A DNA stretch of 64,000 bases from positions 2,232,001 through 2,296,000 of the forward strand of contig CATNEN010000041.1 of assembly GCA_950097015.1 (NCBI GenBank). The letters are read 5' to 3'. Each line of letters opens with the position of its first letter. The first letter of the stretch is position 1. Of this stretch, positions 50,701 to 62,236 are shown piece by piece. The notes under the pieces were generated by a model, which was given only the letters and a program-made list of their open reading frames with translations, was not told the origin of the DNA and searched no databases. This stretch comes from Macrostomum hystrix. Lineage: Eukaryota > Animalia > Platyhelminthes. A program made the position numbers and the translations under genes.

Positions 50701-53257
50701 AACTCAATAACGTGAAACTAGGTACAAAGTCGCCGACAGCTCGTCAGAGGCCTTCCGAATCGGACCAGTCAAGGTGTCCTACGGATCTCTCATCACATCC
50801 ATTCTCGGTGCGCTCACAGTGCTGCCGGTTTCCATGGCGACGGTGCTGTTGTTTCTAAAGTCGAAGCGGCAGCCAGACCACACTGAGGCAGCACAGCGGT
50901 ACCAGCCTGAGTCGAGTCGCTGTCGGCGAGTCATCAGCAGCGATGCGGCCACAGAGGAGGAGCCCGGAGCTGAGGAACAGAAGAAGAGCTGGTTCTCACA
51001 GCTGCTGCTACCGCACTGGTGCCAGTACGTTGGCTGGGTGCTGCTCATCGCGAGTGTTCTCACGGCTGGGGTCTTTATCGTCTTTTACGCAATGGACTGG
51101 GGCAAGGACAAGTCTGAGGACTGGCTGCTCGCGTTTTTCTTGTCCTTCTTCGAGACGGTGCTTCTCATTCAGCCGCTCAAGGTGCTGGCCGTCGGGCTGG
51201 TGCTGGCTCTGCTGATGAGGAAGGACTACGACTCCATGGACTCTCGCTGCATCCGAGTTCGCGAGCTGCAGGACAGCCGAGGTCAGATATTGTACCAATC
51301 ATCTCTTACCATCAGTGCTGTGCTCATGTCTCTCATGCTCAGACATCCTGCTCACTGTTCACTTCCCCCCCTGCTCACTTCCAGAGAAGTTCACGACGTT
51401 ACAAGATGTCCTGGCCTCTCAGTCGAACGACAAACTCAGAAAAAAGGCAAAGTCGACGGCAATCAGCATCGGTCTGAACCTGGCGTACCTATTCCTCCTG
51501 TACTGTGTCTGTTATGGATCGATGGACCCGATCGCGTTCCATCTGAACAACGGCCTGAAGATGCGACTCACTGTCAACCAGCCGAGCCCACAGTTCAGTC
51601 TCGACAAGGTATGTACTCGTAATCAGCTGTGAAATCCGACTATGACAAAGTGACATCTCAAGCAAACAACAAACCGAATTGCAGGTGCAAAAGTGGGAAG
51701 ACCTCCATGCGTGGTTCAATCACACGATTTTGCCGAACCTGTACCCCACACTGGCAGTGAATGGCAGACCACTGAGTGAGGCTGAACAAAAGTTCATTTC
51801 CGATGGTGTGGGATTCCGCCTTGGCCAGGTGAAGTTGCGACAGCTCAGGGTGCGTCCGTTGCGTCGAGACTCTCTGGCCGAGTCTGGCGAGTACAGTGCC
51901 CGCACCGAGGACCGCAGCTGCTACGGAATCGGCTGGAGCACTCAGCTACTCTGCAACAAGAGCGCGAAAGGCCTGGTCGCAGCTTTCCAGTCAAAGCAAG
52001 TCAGCCCGTGGCCGACTTGGGGCACCTACAACTCTTACAGTGGAAGTGGCTACGTGCTCGATCTGCCCAACAACTTCTCCGAGGCTGCCGCGTTGCTGAA
52101 TGAAGCCAGACTGCAGCATTGGATCGACAACTACACCAGAGCAGTGCTGGTCGAGTTCAGCTTGTTCTATCCCGACACGAACTTCTTCACCTCTGTGTCC
52201 ATCCTGACTGAGCTGCCTCCGTTCGGCGGCGCCTTGAGCTCCGCCAGTCTCCGATCGACGAGTCTCTATCGCTACATCGGTGCCAGCGGAGCTCTCAGAC
52301 TGTGTGCTGAGCTGCTGGCCGCCGCCACGACGCTCATTCTGCTGCTGTTGCAGCTGCGAGCCTGCTGGCAGCAGGGACTCTCCAGTTACCTCTCCAATGC
52401 TTGGAATCTGTGCCGCTTGCTCACCAGCCTCATCATGATCGCTGGACTCATCTTCCTCCTGCTGCGCAGCTTCGCCACAGTCGCAGCTCTCGAGTCCATG
52501 CAGAACTCCAACACTGGCAGTCTGGAAACCGTCATGTTCTTCGACGAGTCGTTTTACTACTGCCTCGGAATCGCCATGTTCTTCGTGCAGATCGGCTTCC
52601 TGAACCTGGTCCGCTACTCCCGCAGCCTTGCGCACCTGTCGGGCACTCTGAGGAACTCCGTGTCTGAGCTGACCTCCTTCTTCTGGCTTTTCCTCGTGAT
52701 CTTCTTGGCCTTCGCCTTCACCACATACCTGGTTCTGTGCCCGGTGGACGGCGAGTATCGCAGCCTGATGCAGACGCTCATCACCCAGCTGTCTGTGATG
52801 CTTGGAAAGTTCAATGCCACCTTCGAGGACAGCCGAAGCGCTCTGTACAAGGTTCTGTTCTTCTCCTACACGTTCACCATCGTATTCATCGTGCTCAACA
52901 TCTTTGTTGTGCTGCTCAACGATAGCTACGCAGACGCCACGAAGAGCGACGAGAACAGTCAGCAGCAGGAGGCCTTCCAGGTTATTGACACGATTTTTGA
53001 ATCATTGAAGTCCGTGGTTCGCCCAAGTCGTCAGTCGCCATACATTGACGACGGTTACTCCAATGGTAAGTTTAAAATAAGTTCTTGTCCTCAATCTTTT
53101 CATGCCTGTTAGGTGGACAAGTAGGCAGTTTTCGCGAATTCGTCGATTGACAAAGGGACTGATTTTCACGAAATTCTCAGGTGCGGAAGCTCGCGCCATA
53201 GTTCTTCTGGAGAGGCTGGATGAGCTGCAGCAGCACGTGGGCAGCCACCTTCGCTGA
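33711..53257 (+). CDS. Polycystin-1-like receptor-channel, paralog 2; same exon/domain layout, with four apparent +1 frameshifts (~37458, 40646, 41801, ~43221)
   Basis: Signal-peptide exon 33711-33792 (82 nt, same length as in paralog 1). Exon-by-exon homology with conserved intron phases through to HVGSHLR* at 53255-53257. Confidence 0.88.
38383..38783 (+). mobile_element. tRNA-derived SINE, near full length, in an intron of paralog 2
   Basis: A/B boxes and a long (ATT)n tail. Imperfect TSD TACAAAGCGCGC (38371-38382) / TACAAAGTGCGC (38784-38795). Confidence 0.87.
47376..47957 (-). mobile_element. 5'-truncated non-LTR retrotransposon (RTE-like) 3' fragment in an intron of paralog 2
   Basis: ORF 47372-47947 has post-RT motifs (RLFQAVVETVLLCNAETWTLT, RLRLAGHV, RRRGQGR) and a (TTA)n-like tail. 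Perfect 10-bp TSD TACTAACTAA at 47366-47375 and 47958-47967. Confidence 0.85.
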
Positions 53258-53800
53258 GATCCAGAATTTTTAAAGCATTGACAATTTTTTTTGCTGTTTC
53301 TATTGAAAGGGAAAACAGTCCTGAATATATCCTTGACTCTGCTTCTATTTTGTTTTCTTTGTTCATTGGTTTTTTAGAATTGTTTTTTTCGATGCACAGC
53401 TTCTGAAAGCGATATTTTTAATGATGGGGTAATAAGGGGTGAAGCCTTTCAGAGCGGTCTACTTTTTGCTGACAGGAATTTAAGAACAGTTAGGAACAGG
53501 CAGGTGTCACAGACAGGCATGTTTCCCACCTTTTTTATTCCCCTTGTAGATCCGCCGATCACATTTCCACTTTTTTCAGGCTTCTTCTTCTTATATTTTC
53601 TTTTAATAGCTTTAGGCAGCACATGTTAAGCTATCTATTTTTTTTTCTGTAATTGGCCTCTAGTTTGCACTTATTCTCTCTGTCTTTTGCAAATAAAGTG
53701 AATTTCCTCGCAGTTGAGGTATCTGCAATCCTACACTTGCAGTTGATGATTCTTCATTGACTTCGACTTCCTTCATTGCCTACGGATTGACTGCTGTCCC

Positions 53801-54429
53801 GGTTAGCGCGTTTGCCTCTCGCACCGAGGTACCAGAGTCCGATTCCGCGGCGAGGCCACATTCATTTGGGGTGCAGTCGCGGCTAGAAGGAAACACTTCG
53901 ATACTCGTATTTTCCAGTGGGTCCATCCACAAGTTTAAAGATCGCAAGGCGCTTTTGGCACTCATTGTTACGACTGAGTTGAAGATCAATTAGAGAATTA
54001 TCAAGGCATTGATAAGTTTCTGAAAGTTGCTTGAGTCCGTTAGATGATGATAATTTTGCTAATAATAATAATAATAGTAATAACTGCAGGGGGGCTGCGG
54101 GCAACGGCACATCATTTGGTGACACTGGACCCGCAGCCAGCGATGGGAAATTTCACATATGGGAAATTTCAATGAGTCAGCGCTGACTCATAAACAAATA
54201 CACACGCACACAGATACTGTACACAGGTACTCAAACAGGTGTGTACATCTGCCCTGAATTTCTCATCGTCAGGCAGTGTACACTTCACTGCCTTGGAGGT
54301 TGGCCCTCAAGGGCGTAAATTGCACGACAAGTCATCAAGCCTTCTCTCCGCGGCTGCGCCTCAAATGAATGTGGCCTCGCCGTGGAATCGAGCTCAGGGA
54401 CCACGCTAACCGCACTGCCACCCACCTCC
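53801..54429. mobile_element. Duplicate of the tail-to-tail SINE pair (53801-53890 on +, 54060-54429 on -)
   Basis: Near-identical to 31201-31831. Confidence 0.8.
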
Positions 54430-54602
54430 TATGGAATCCCTGGAGCACTCGAAAGTATTATTGAGTATCTTGGAAACATTTTCTCGTTTCATTGGAAAAT
54501 AAGTCTATTCTTAGTGAGCTTTTGGCTTATTGTCTTGCCAAATTTCCATATTTAATACTTTTCACGTCCCGGTTTCATTCTCGGCTGAACACAGCCGCGA
54601 TT

Positions 54603-55104
54603 CTGTGCCCGGTGCACGGCGAGTATCGCAGCCTGATGCAGACGCTCATCACCCAGCTGTCTGTGATGCTTGGAAAGTTCAATGCCACCTTCGAGGACAG
54701 CCGAAGCGCTCTGTACAAGGTTCTGTTCTTCTCCTACACGTTCACCATCGTATTCATCGTGCTCAACATCTTTGTTGTGCTGCTCAACGATAGCTACGCA
54801 GACGCCACGAAGAGCGACGAGAACAGTCAGCAGCAGGAGGCCTTCCTAGTTATTGATGTTATCGTCAAGTCCTTCAAAGCAATGTTCCATCCAACTCGTG
54901 AAGCGCAGTGCCTTGGTGCCGACGTGGAGATTGGTCAGTGGAAGTACTTTAGACGCTTGAATATTTTTCGCCTTTTTTCACTGCACTGGCATATTGTTTC
55001 GAATATTTTTCTTACTTTCAGATGCAGAGCTCACCGGGCAGGCTGTGGATCTGATGGGCAAGCTGGACGAGCTCGGCCTGCACATGACTCAGCTGGCTCG
55101 ATGA
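54603..55104 (+). pseudogene. Orphan polycystin 3' fragment: pore helix + S6 + a divergent two-exon cytoplasmic tail
   Basis: 54603-54843 is near-identical to the channel exon, then diverges. Phase-1 intron 54934-55021 (gtcagt..tttcag). Last exon DAELTGQAVDLMGKLDELGLHMTQLAR* is homologous to GVEASAIVLLERLDELQQHVGSHLR*. Confidence 0.8.
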
Positions 55105-55778
55105 GCTCGCAAAACTTTAAGTGGGCATACCTCGGGGTATACCCTCGTCGTGGGTTCTGTTTCAGACTGTCCTATCGCACAAGCAAATGCCAATCTCAGC
55201 ACAATGTCACAGGGTCTTGCTGTCAGTAGCGATGATGCATCCTATACAGATTTTTTAAAACTACGTTGTTGAATTCTCAGCAAAATTACCTGAATAACTA
55301 GCGGTGAGAAGGGAATTACCAATGAGACGCATAAATTAATACTAGACAAAAATCTTCAGAGCTTAAACTAAGTTGATTTGCTTTCTGCTTTTTTCTGTCT
55401 CGATCACTTAACACACTGCTTAGGAAACAGTTTTCCGCTGAAGTTCACTGCTTTTCACTCTGTAGAAGCACAGGCGCAATATTGACGGATACAAACCTTT
55501 TCTCACAAGCCTCATGTCCAAATCTGTCAGATACATGCGACTGCTTTTCTGTTCGTTTAGAGCGCATTGATTAGAAGACTAGCAGAACCGTTTAAAATAA
55601 AAGCAAGTTAAAAACGTATAGAAAAATCTATGATATATTCATTTATGAATTGAAGCACTTTCGATTGCGAATCTAATGAAGCTTGTATTGAGTAGCATAT
55701 TGAGTCCATGGTTCTCAGGCAAGCAGACGCACTTTAAAGGCAGAAAAACTAACAAAAATACATGTTGCAAATAAATAG

Positions 55779-56305
55779 GTTGCAAGCGGGAGATTACTAC
55801 AGGCTGTATATGGCTTGCTGCAGAGGTATCAGTTGCAAGCGGGAGATTACAACAGGCTGTATATGGCTTGCTGCAGAGGTATCAGTTGCAAGCGGGAGAT
55901 TACTACAGGCTGTATATGGCTTGCTGCAGTGGTATCAGTTGCAAGCGGGAGATTACTACAGGCTGTATATGGCTTGCTGCAGTGGTATCAGTTGCAAGCG
56001 GGAGATTGCTACAGGCTGTATATGGCTTGCTGCAGTGGTATCAGTTGCAAGCGGGAGATTACTACAGGCTGTATATGGCTTGCTGCAGTGGTATCAGTTG
56101 CAAGCGGGAGATTACTACAGGCTGTATATGGCTTGCTGCAGTGGTATCAGTTGCAAGCGGGAGATTACTACAGGCTGTATATGGCTTGCTGCAGTGGTAT
56201 CAGTTGCAAGCGGGAGATTGCTACAGGCTGTATATGGCTTGCTGCAGTGGTATCAGTTGCAAGCGGGAGATTACTACAGGCTGTATATGGCTTGCTGCAG
56301 TGGTA
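55779..56305. repeat. 53-bp minisatellite, ~10 copies
   Basis: Unit GTTGCAAGCGGGAGATTACTACAGGCTGTATATGGCTTGCTGCAGTGGTATCA. Confidence 0.96.
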
Positions 56306-56439
56306 ACGTTTGCAACAAGCTTCCGGAATAACTGGGTGAAATTCAGCATGGCTATTGTATAGAATGTATTAAAAAGTACAAAGTTGTGACTAGATAAGGC
56401 TTTAGGTTTACACAGCTGAAACCGTTAGCCACAGAGAAG

Positions 56440-56441
<2 letters not shown>

Positions 56442-56470
<29 letters not shown>
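56442..56470. repeat. (CAG)n microsatellite
   Basis: Read directly. Confidence 0.9.
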
Positions 56471-56475
<5 letters not shown>

Positions 56476-57342
56476 CGGAATAATGCGAAAAAAGCTTATT
56501 AATGAATATGACTGATTAACGAGGCAAAAATACTGAAGTGGCAAAACGAACGCAGGCAATGCTGTGACTAGACTAACTGCTCAATAGTGACCTGCGGTCA
56601 GACTCGTTGCATAGGCTCATACTACGAGCTAACAGAGACACGCCAAGTTCATAGAAATGTTGCTCGGCGAGCCAGGCCAGGCAATAGCAAGCCAGCGAAT
56701 GAAAATTGAACAAAAGCAATGCAAAAGCTGGAAAATCGGGCACCAAATTGACTTTTTGCTCTGCGAGGACCTTTGGCATTCAAAGGTTCAAAGAATCTAA
56801 GAAGAATGCTGCTCACGGATGTGTGAACTGAAAATTCTGTGGATGGTTCAACAATTTGGTCACTTGCGAATAAGCATATTTTAACAAGGGGGCAGGTGAA
56901 TGGTGAAAAGGACAGTCTCTCCCACATCAGAGATTACTTTGCAGCTGGACCGATTGCTAAAAGCCTGCAGTGCCGCACAGACAAAACAATAACAAAATAA
57001 ATTATTACGAGTAGAAAGCCAAATTTTAGAGAGCAAAACTCAGAAAAAAGTGCTCTAAAACTCGATTAGATTTAGCCAACATTCGAACTATTGCGGGTAG
57101 AAGCAATACCTGGATTGCTAGTCACAGAGGCTACAAGCAGGTTAAGCGCAGGTGCGCTGGAAGGCAGTTGGGACAATGCTCTGGATCGAACATTCTCTTA
57201 GAAAATTGCTCTAAAATGTATTATAACCAGATACTATCAGGTGCGCCATGGCAAGGTGAGCAGCACCCACCAATTCTTCGGGGCATTGCGATATTGAAAG
57301 TAGGCAATTAGTGGGTGCTGCGAAGCGGAGACTGAAGGCCAG

Positions 57343-58478
57343 TCAGGTCTCAGGAAGGATGGGGGCGTACACGCGCAGGATGTAGTCGGTGAGGAGGCTG
57401 GACACCTCGGGCGCGTTGAGCAGCATGGCTCGCAGGATTCCGTTCAGAGTTTGCAGGTGGTCAGTGTCGCTAAGCCCCCGCTTCCGCAGTGGCAAAATTG
57501 TGAATGCCATGTGCTGCGGATGGTGCGGCTGCTGCTGCTGCTGCCTGGACTCCCGCTTCTTGGCCTGCACAGCCGTCAGCAGGTTGATAAATTGCTCCTT
57601 GACCTCCCGGTCCAACGCCAGCTCGTCACGCCTCGCCAGTTCCGTCACCAGCACATCATTGAGCTCGGAGATCAGGCACTCCAGCTCGTTCAGGTATTCG
57701 TTCAGGGCACCGGACGAAAGCTGGCTGAGGTCCTCCCCGTTCTCCGCCCGGAACTGGAGGAGCTCCTGCTGACTGGGCGACAGCAGAACGCTGCCGATGA
57801 CTGCGCCGGCGGTGGGGCCCGCACCGTCGAATTCCTCGCCGTCGACAGACTCGTCACCGCTGTCACCGGCCGCGGCGTCGCTGTCGGGCCCACTGCCATC
57901 GTCGCCGCATTCGAGGAGGTTCTTGAGCTGCTGCACGAGTGCCTCAGTGCTGACTCGATCGGCATCCAGCGCGTCGCCAGCATCTTCTGGCAGCATGGAT
58001 GTCACCATGGAGTGAAAATCCAGCGAGGCGGCCATGGCCGAGTCGGAGTCCTCTGGCGTGGACTCGTCGCCGTCACCGACTTGGCCGGCCCAGTCAACCT
58101 CCTGAGCCGCATCCCCCAGAGGAGAGAGCAACGGTGGCGAAATCGGCAGTTTTTTCCCACAGCCTGCAGGTGTCGAAGCGGCGGTGGTGAGGGCGGCAAC
58201 GAGGCTCGCGCAGCAGCTGGTGGCGGCCCAGTTCAGGCCCTGCGGGGCGGCGGCGGCCTCCACTCGGCGAGTCAGCGCCAACCACACCTGCGAGCGCGAC
58301 GCATCCGACTGGGCAGCCGCGGCCGACGCCGCTTCGACAGCGGCTTCGACATCAGCGGCGCCGGCGGAGGCAGCGGCAACGGCTGCTGCAGCAGCCTCGG
58401 CATCAGCGTCGGCAGTCAGGTCGGCGAGCAGCTGACTGTGCAAACTGCACAGGCGCTGCTGGCTGTCTGGCAGCGAGT
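57343..58478 (-). CDS. FEZ1: Fasciculation and elongation protein zeta / UNC-76 family; main exon, start exon uncertain
   Basis: VWLALT, LDFHSM, ELARRDELALDREVKEQFINLLTAVQAKKRE and LQTLNGILRAM..VSSLLTDYILRV match the FEZ/UNC-76 family. There is no in-frame ATG upstream; candidate phase-1 acceptor ccgcag|AC at 58479/58478. FEZ1 versus FEZ2 orthology is not resolvable for an invertebrate. Confidence 0.88.
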
Positions 58479-58682
58479 CTGCGGACTGTGGAAGCAGGGC
58501 GGGGACCCAGATTAGTATCTGCTGCCAAAAAGCCTTTTCTCAACGCACCACATGACAAAAAATTAATAAAATATAACAATGAAGACAATAGTTAATCGAA
58601 TTCAAGGGCCTATGGGTTCCGAAGCACAATTTTGATGTGAGAAGACCTAAAGCACATACTCAGTTGCTTAGATTTTCCTTGA

Positions 58683-58836
58683 GCTTTTTATCATCAGGCA
58701 GTGTGAATCCTCACTGTGCCTTGGGGACTGGCCTTTGTGGCATAAATAGCATAACAGCCCCCAAGCCTTCTTTCTGCAACTGTGCCCCTGCAGATTCTAG
58801 CTTCTAGCAGAGTCAGTACTCTGCCACCCACTCCCT
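58683..58836 (-). mobile_element. Old, diverged 5' partial copy of the SINE
   Basis: Reverse complement reads GGGAGTGGGTGGCAGAG..AGAAGGCTTGGGGG..AAGGCACAGTGAG..CACTGCCTGATGATAAAA. Confidence 0.6.
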
Positions 58837-60592
58837 TCTATAATTGGCATCTCTTGTTAAATATTTTTAATCAATATATTTTTAGAACTACACACAATTG
58901 AACAAAATATTGTATATAAATTTAGGAAAATGGAATTTAAAATTATTATAGATGTCCATTTAATATATACATTTTATAATCATACTAGAAAAATTATAGC
59001 CCTTAATATCAATATAGTTCTTATTACTTTTTTTCATTAAAGAAATTTTTATAAAAGGTCTACCATTTACTCGTATAATGCATTAATAATATTAAAAAGT
59101 ACAAAAATATTTTAATATTCAATTTCTCTTTCTTGAAAATGCTGCTTTAGAGAGTGTAACTCATTTTTGCAATGGTTTTAGGTTACAAATCTAGTTATTT
59201 GTTAATCCAATTATCCAATTATTTGTTAAGATATATTGGTATAACAATATGGCATATAATAGATTCATCAGTCAATGTTAACTATAATTAGCTATTTGTT
59301 AAACTGACATTTAAACGAAAAATTTGTTTGCAATGCTGTACTTTTATATTATTTAGCGAAGTCAAAATGTTATCTAGATTGCTGGTTTACATAAACATAT
59401 TAGCAATCACGAAACTGACAAAAACAAGTAAATAATATACAAATATACATCAAGAACCACTAGTAGTACTACTTGTGTTCCTTGATATACATGACATATA
59501 GAGCAGATATCAATAGCTATGTATTATCTATAGCTACTTACTCTATAATTATCATTTAGAACTAGAAAACTATATTTTCTTCGAAAATCGCATTATCGAA
59601 ATTTCACTACCGTTTAAAACAACTATGTCAATAGTGTTGTTTTATGGTGATAGTAAAAGGCTAAAATATTCTCCTAATTTACTAATTATACGCATTTTTT
59701 AGTAATAAATTAGACAAGCAAAAATATAATATCTCTTTTTTACAATAGCATTTATTTAACAGCCGCATTTTTAACTTGCAAAATTTGTGCCATTATTAAC
59801 ATGAACGAAATTCTCAAGCGTTGGAAAAAGATTGATAGTTTTTCTCGCGTAGCTTCTAACAGCGATACTGTTAGACAATATTATATTATTATCTTATAAT
59901 ATTACCAAAAATTCATTTGCATCTGCATTTGGACCTTGGTATTCACTTTTCTTCATCGTCAAACTGATTAGTATTTGGAGTAGTAAAATTAACGAGATTG
60001 GCAAAGCAATTGTACTTTTACCTTTTTAACAGCAGCAGATCAATGCTGATTCGCTACAAACAATTTTTTTATATTTTGAATGAAACTTTGTATCATATTA
60101 CTAGTCATTTATGTGTGCTACTTTCCAAACAATAAATATTATGTTTTTATTAACTCATACTTGATAAGTGTTGTATAAAACGTTAGAGAAGTTAAGAGAT
60201 TGATGTATATTTCACATAAGCAGCACTGCACTATACTGGCTTTCATATAGGGTTCTCAAACAAAAAAATAAAAAAGTGGTTGAAAATGCTCTGCTGAATA
60301 ATTTCAGTAAATTATATACTTAAAATATGCGTGGGAGAAATAAAACACTTCTGCAACACAGACTAGCATTTGATATTAGATTAGCAGCTTTCTTGATAAC
60401 CTGAAACAGCAGGTTGCGAAAAAAACTTACTTTTTCCAATTTCGGACATAATTGGCGTCCAAAAAGTTTATTTTTATAATTGAAAAGACAACATATTTGG
60501 ATAAGCCATGATACGCCGATGAATGTTATAGTTTTTATGCACTGTTTTGTTTCAGAAGAAACTCTAGAACTGCATGAAACAAAATCACAAAC

Positions 60593-61758
60593 ATGGTTCT
60601 TGTTACATTGGAGTTGATGGCCAAGGCGAGCACTGGCTATCACAAAAAGAGGCACGACGAAACGCTGGAACAGTTTGCTAAGCGAGTCACTCACCTTTAC
60701 CTCGAGAACAAGGGCATCGATGATGTGGTAAGACTAACTTCAATTAGGACTCATAAAAGTACACACATCTCTACTCTAATCTTAATGACTTGACTGGCAA
60801 TCACTGGCCTCGCGTGACCCGATCAATCGCTAGGGAGATGACATCACGCAATGTCGCAGTCTGCTGGTCCTGTACCTCTACGACAATGAGCTACTGACGG
60901 TGCCCGAGCTTCCGGGCAACACAGCGCTGACTCACCTGTACCTTCAGAATAACCGAATCAGGAAACTGGACCACCTGCAGCTGCTGCCACGGCTCAGCAA
61001 GCTGTACCTGGGTGGAAACCTTCTCACCGTTGTGGAAGGCCTCGAGAGGCTCCAGAGCTTGCAGGAGTTGCACGTGGAAAACCAGCGGCTGCCACCAGGC
61101 GAGAAGCTGCTGTTCGACCCGCGCAGCCTGCTGTCCCTGAGCAGCTGCCTGCAGGTGCTGTGCGTGTCCGGCAATGGCATCGACGACCTTGTCCAGTTTG
61201 AGTGCCTTGGCCAACTGGTTCAGTTACTGTGCTCAGACAACCAGGTAGCTGATTGCATGCAATGGTCATTTGAAATAATCGGTAGTTTGTGTGATTAAAT
61301 TGAGGACGCAGCTCAAGGCCTTCACTCACCGTCCGCAGGTGTCGGACCTGGTGGACCTGACTGTTTGCCTTCGCAGCTGGCGCTACCTGAAGCGCCTGGA
61401 GCTCTCGGGCAACCCGGTGTGTCAGGCCAAGAAGTACCGCGACCGCGTGGTGGTGCTGTCCGACAGCCTGGCTCAGCTGGACGGCAAGGAGATCGCGGAC
61501 AGCTCGCGCAACTTTCTGCGGCGAATGCAGGAATCCAAGGAGAGGCGGCGAGAGTCCAGCAACCCGACATCGGCTGGCACCGACGGCTTGGCTCCTGGGC
61601 TGCCGCGACCGCCTCCGCTGGGCCAGGAGGCGCCCGGCGGCCATGTGCTGCTGCCCAGCCTGCCGTCGAGGCACTTTGACGCTTTCGTGCAGAAGTCGGC
61701 GACGACGGCGGCTGCGGCTGACACAGGCGGGCCGAAGCGCAGCCAGTCGGAGAAGTGA
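60593..61758 (+). CDS. PPP1R42: Protein phosphatase 1 regulatory subunit 42 (LRRC67/TLRR), leucine-rich repeat protein
   Basis: Exons 60593-60727, 60834-61244, 61339-61758. THLYLENK.ID, LYLYDN, LTHLYLQNN, ELHVENQRLP.GEKLLFDPR and GNPVC..KKYRDR..LDGKEI match the family. Confidence 0.93.
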
Positions 61759-61869
61759 GTTGAAAGACTTCCCGCGGCTTTAAACTGCTAAGGCCTGGCC
61801 ACTGTTTCAGACCAGGGAATATTTAATTAGATGCCCCAGGATGATCAGACTGTAGACTGTAGAATTCTT

Positions 61870-62236
61870 AGCGCTCATCTGTACCAGACTGAGCCTCACC
61901 TGTACCAGACTGAGCCTCACCTGTAACAGACTGAGCCTCACCTGTAACAGACTGAGCCTCACCTGTACCAGACTGAGCCTCACATGTACCAGACTGAGCC
62001 TCACCTGTAACAGACTGAGCCTCACCTGTACCAGACTGAGCCTCACCTGTACCAGACTGAGCCTCACCTGTAACAGACTGAGCCTCACATGTACCAGACT
62101 GAGCCTCACCTGTACCAGACTGAGCCTCACCTGTAACAGACTGAGCCTCACCTGTAACAGACTGAGCCTCACATGTACCAGACTGAGCCTCACCTGTACC
62201 AGACTGAGCCTCACATGTACCAGACTGAGCCTCACG
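61870..62236. repeat. 21-bp minisatellite (CTGTACCAGACTGAGCCTCAC), ~17 copies
   Basis: Read directly. Confidence 0.95.

Noticed and set aside
51361-51372. Extra C in paralog 2 that splits the ORF track (50774-51622 / 51315-51632)
   Set aside because: It lies inside the intron between ..AGCCGAG|gt and ttccag|AG, so there is no coding effect.
55762-56362. Three overlapping Cys-rich ORFs in all + frames
   Set aside because: A 53-bp repeat with no stops cycles through the frames; no independent evidence of coding.
57451-58515. 354-aa ORF antisense to FEZ (likewise 29310-29954 and 51991-52635 antisense to the channel exons)
   Set aside because: Shadow ORFs of GC-rich coding sequence with no recognisable motifs.
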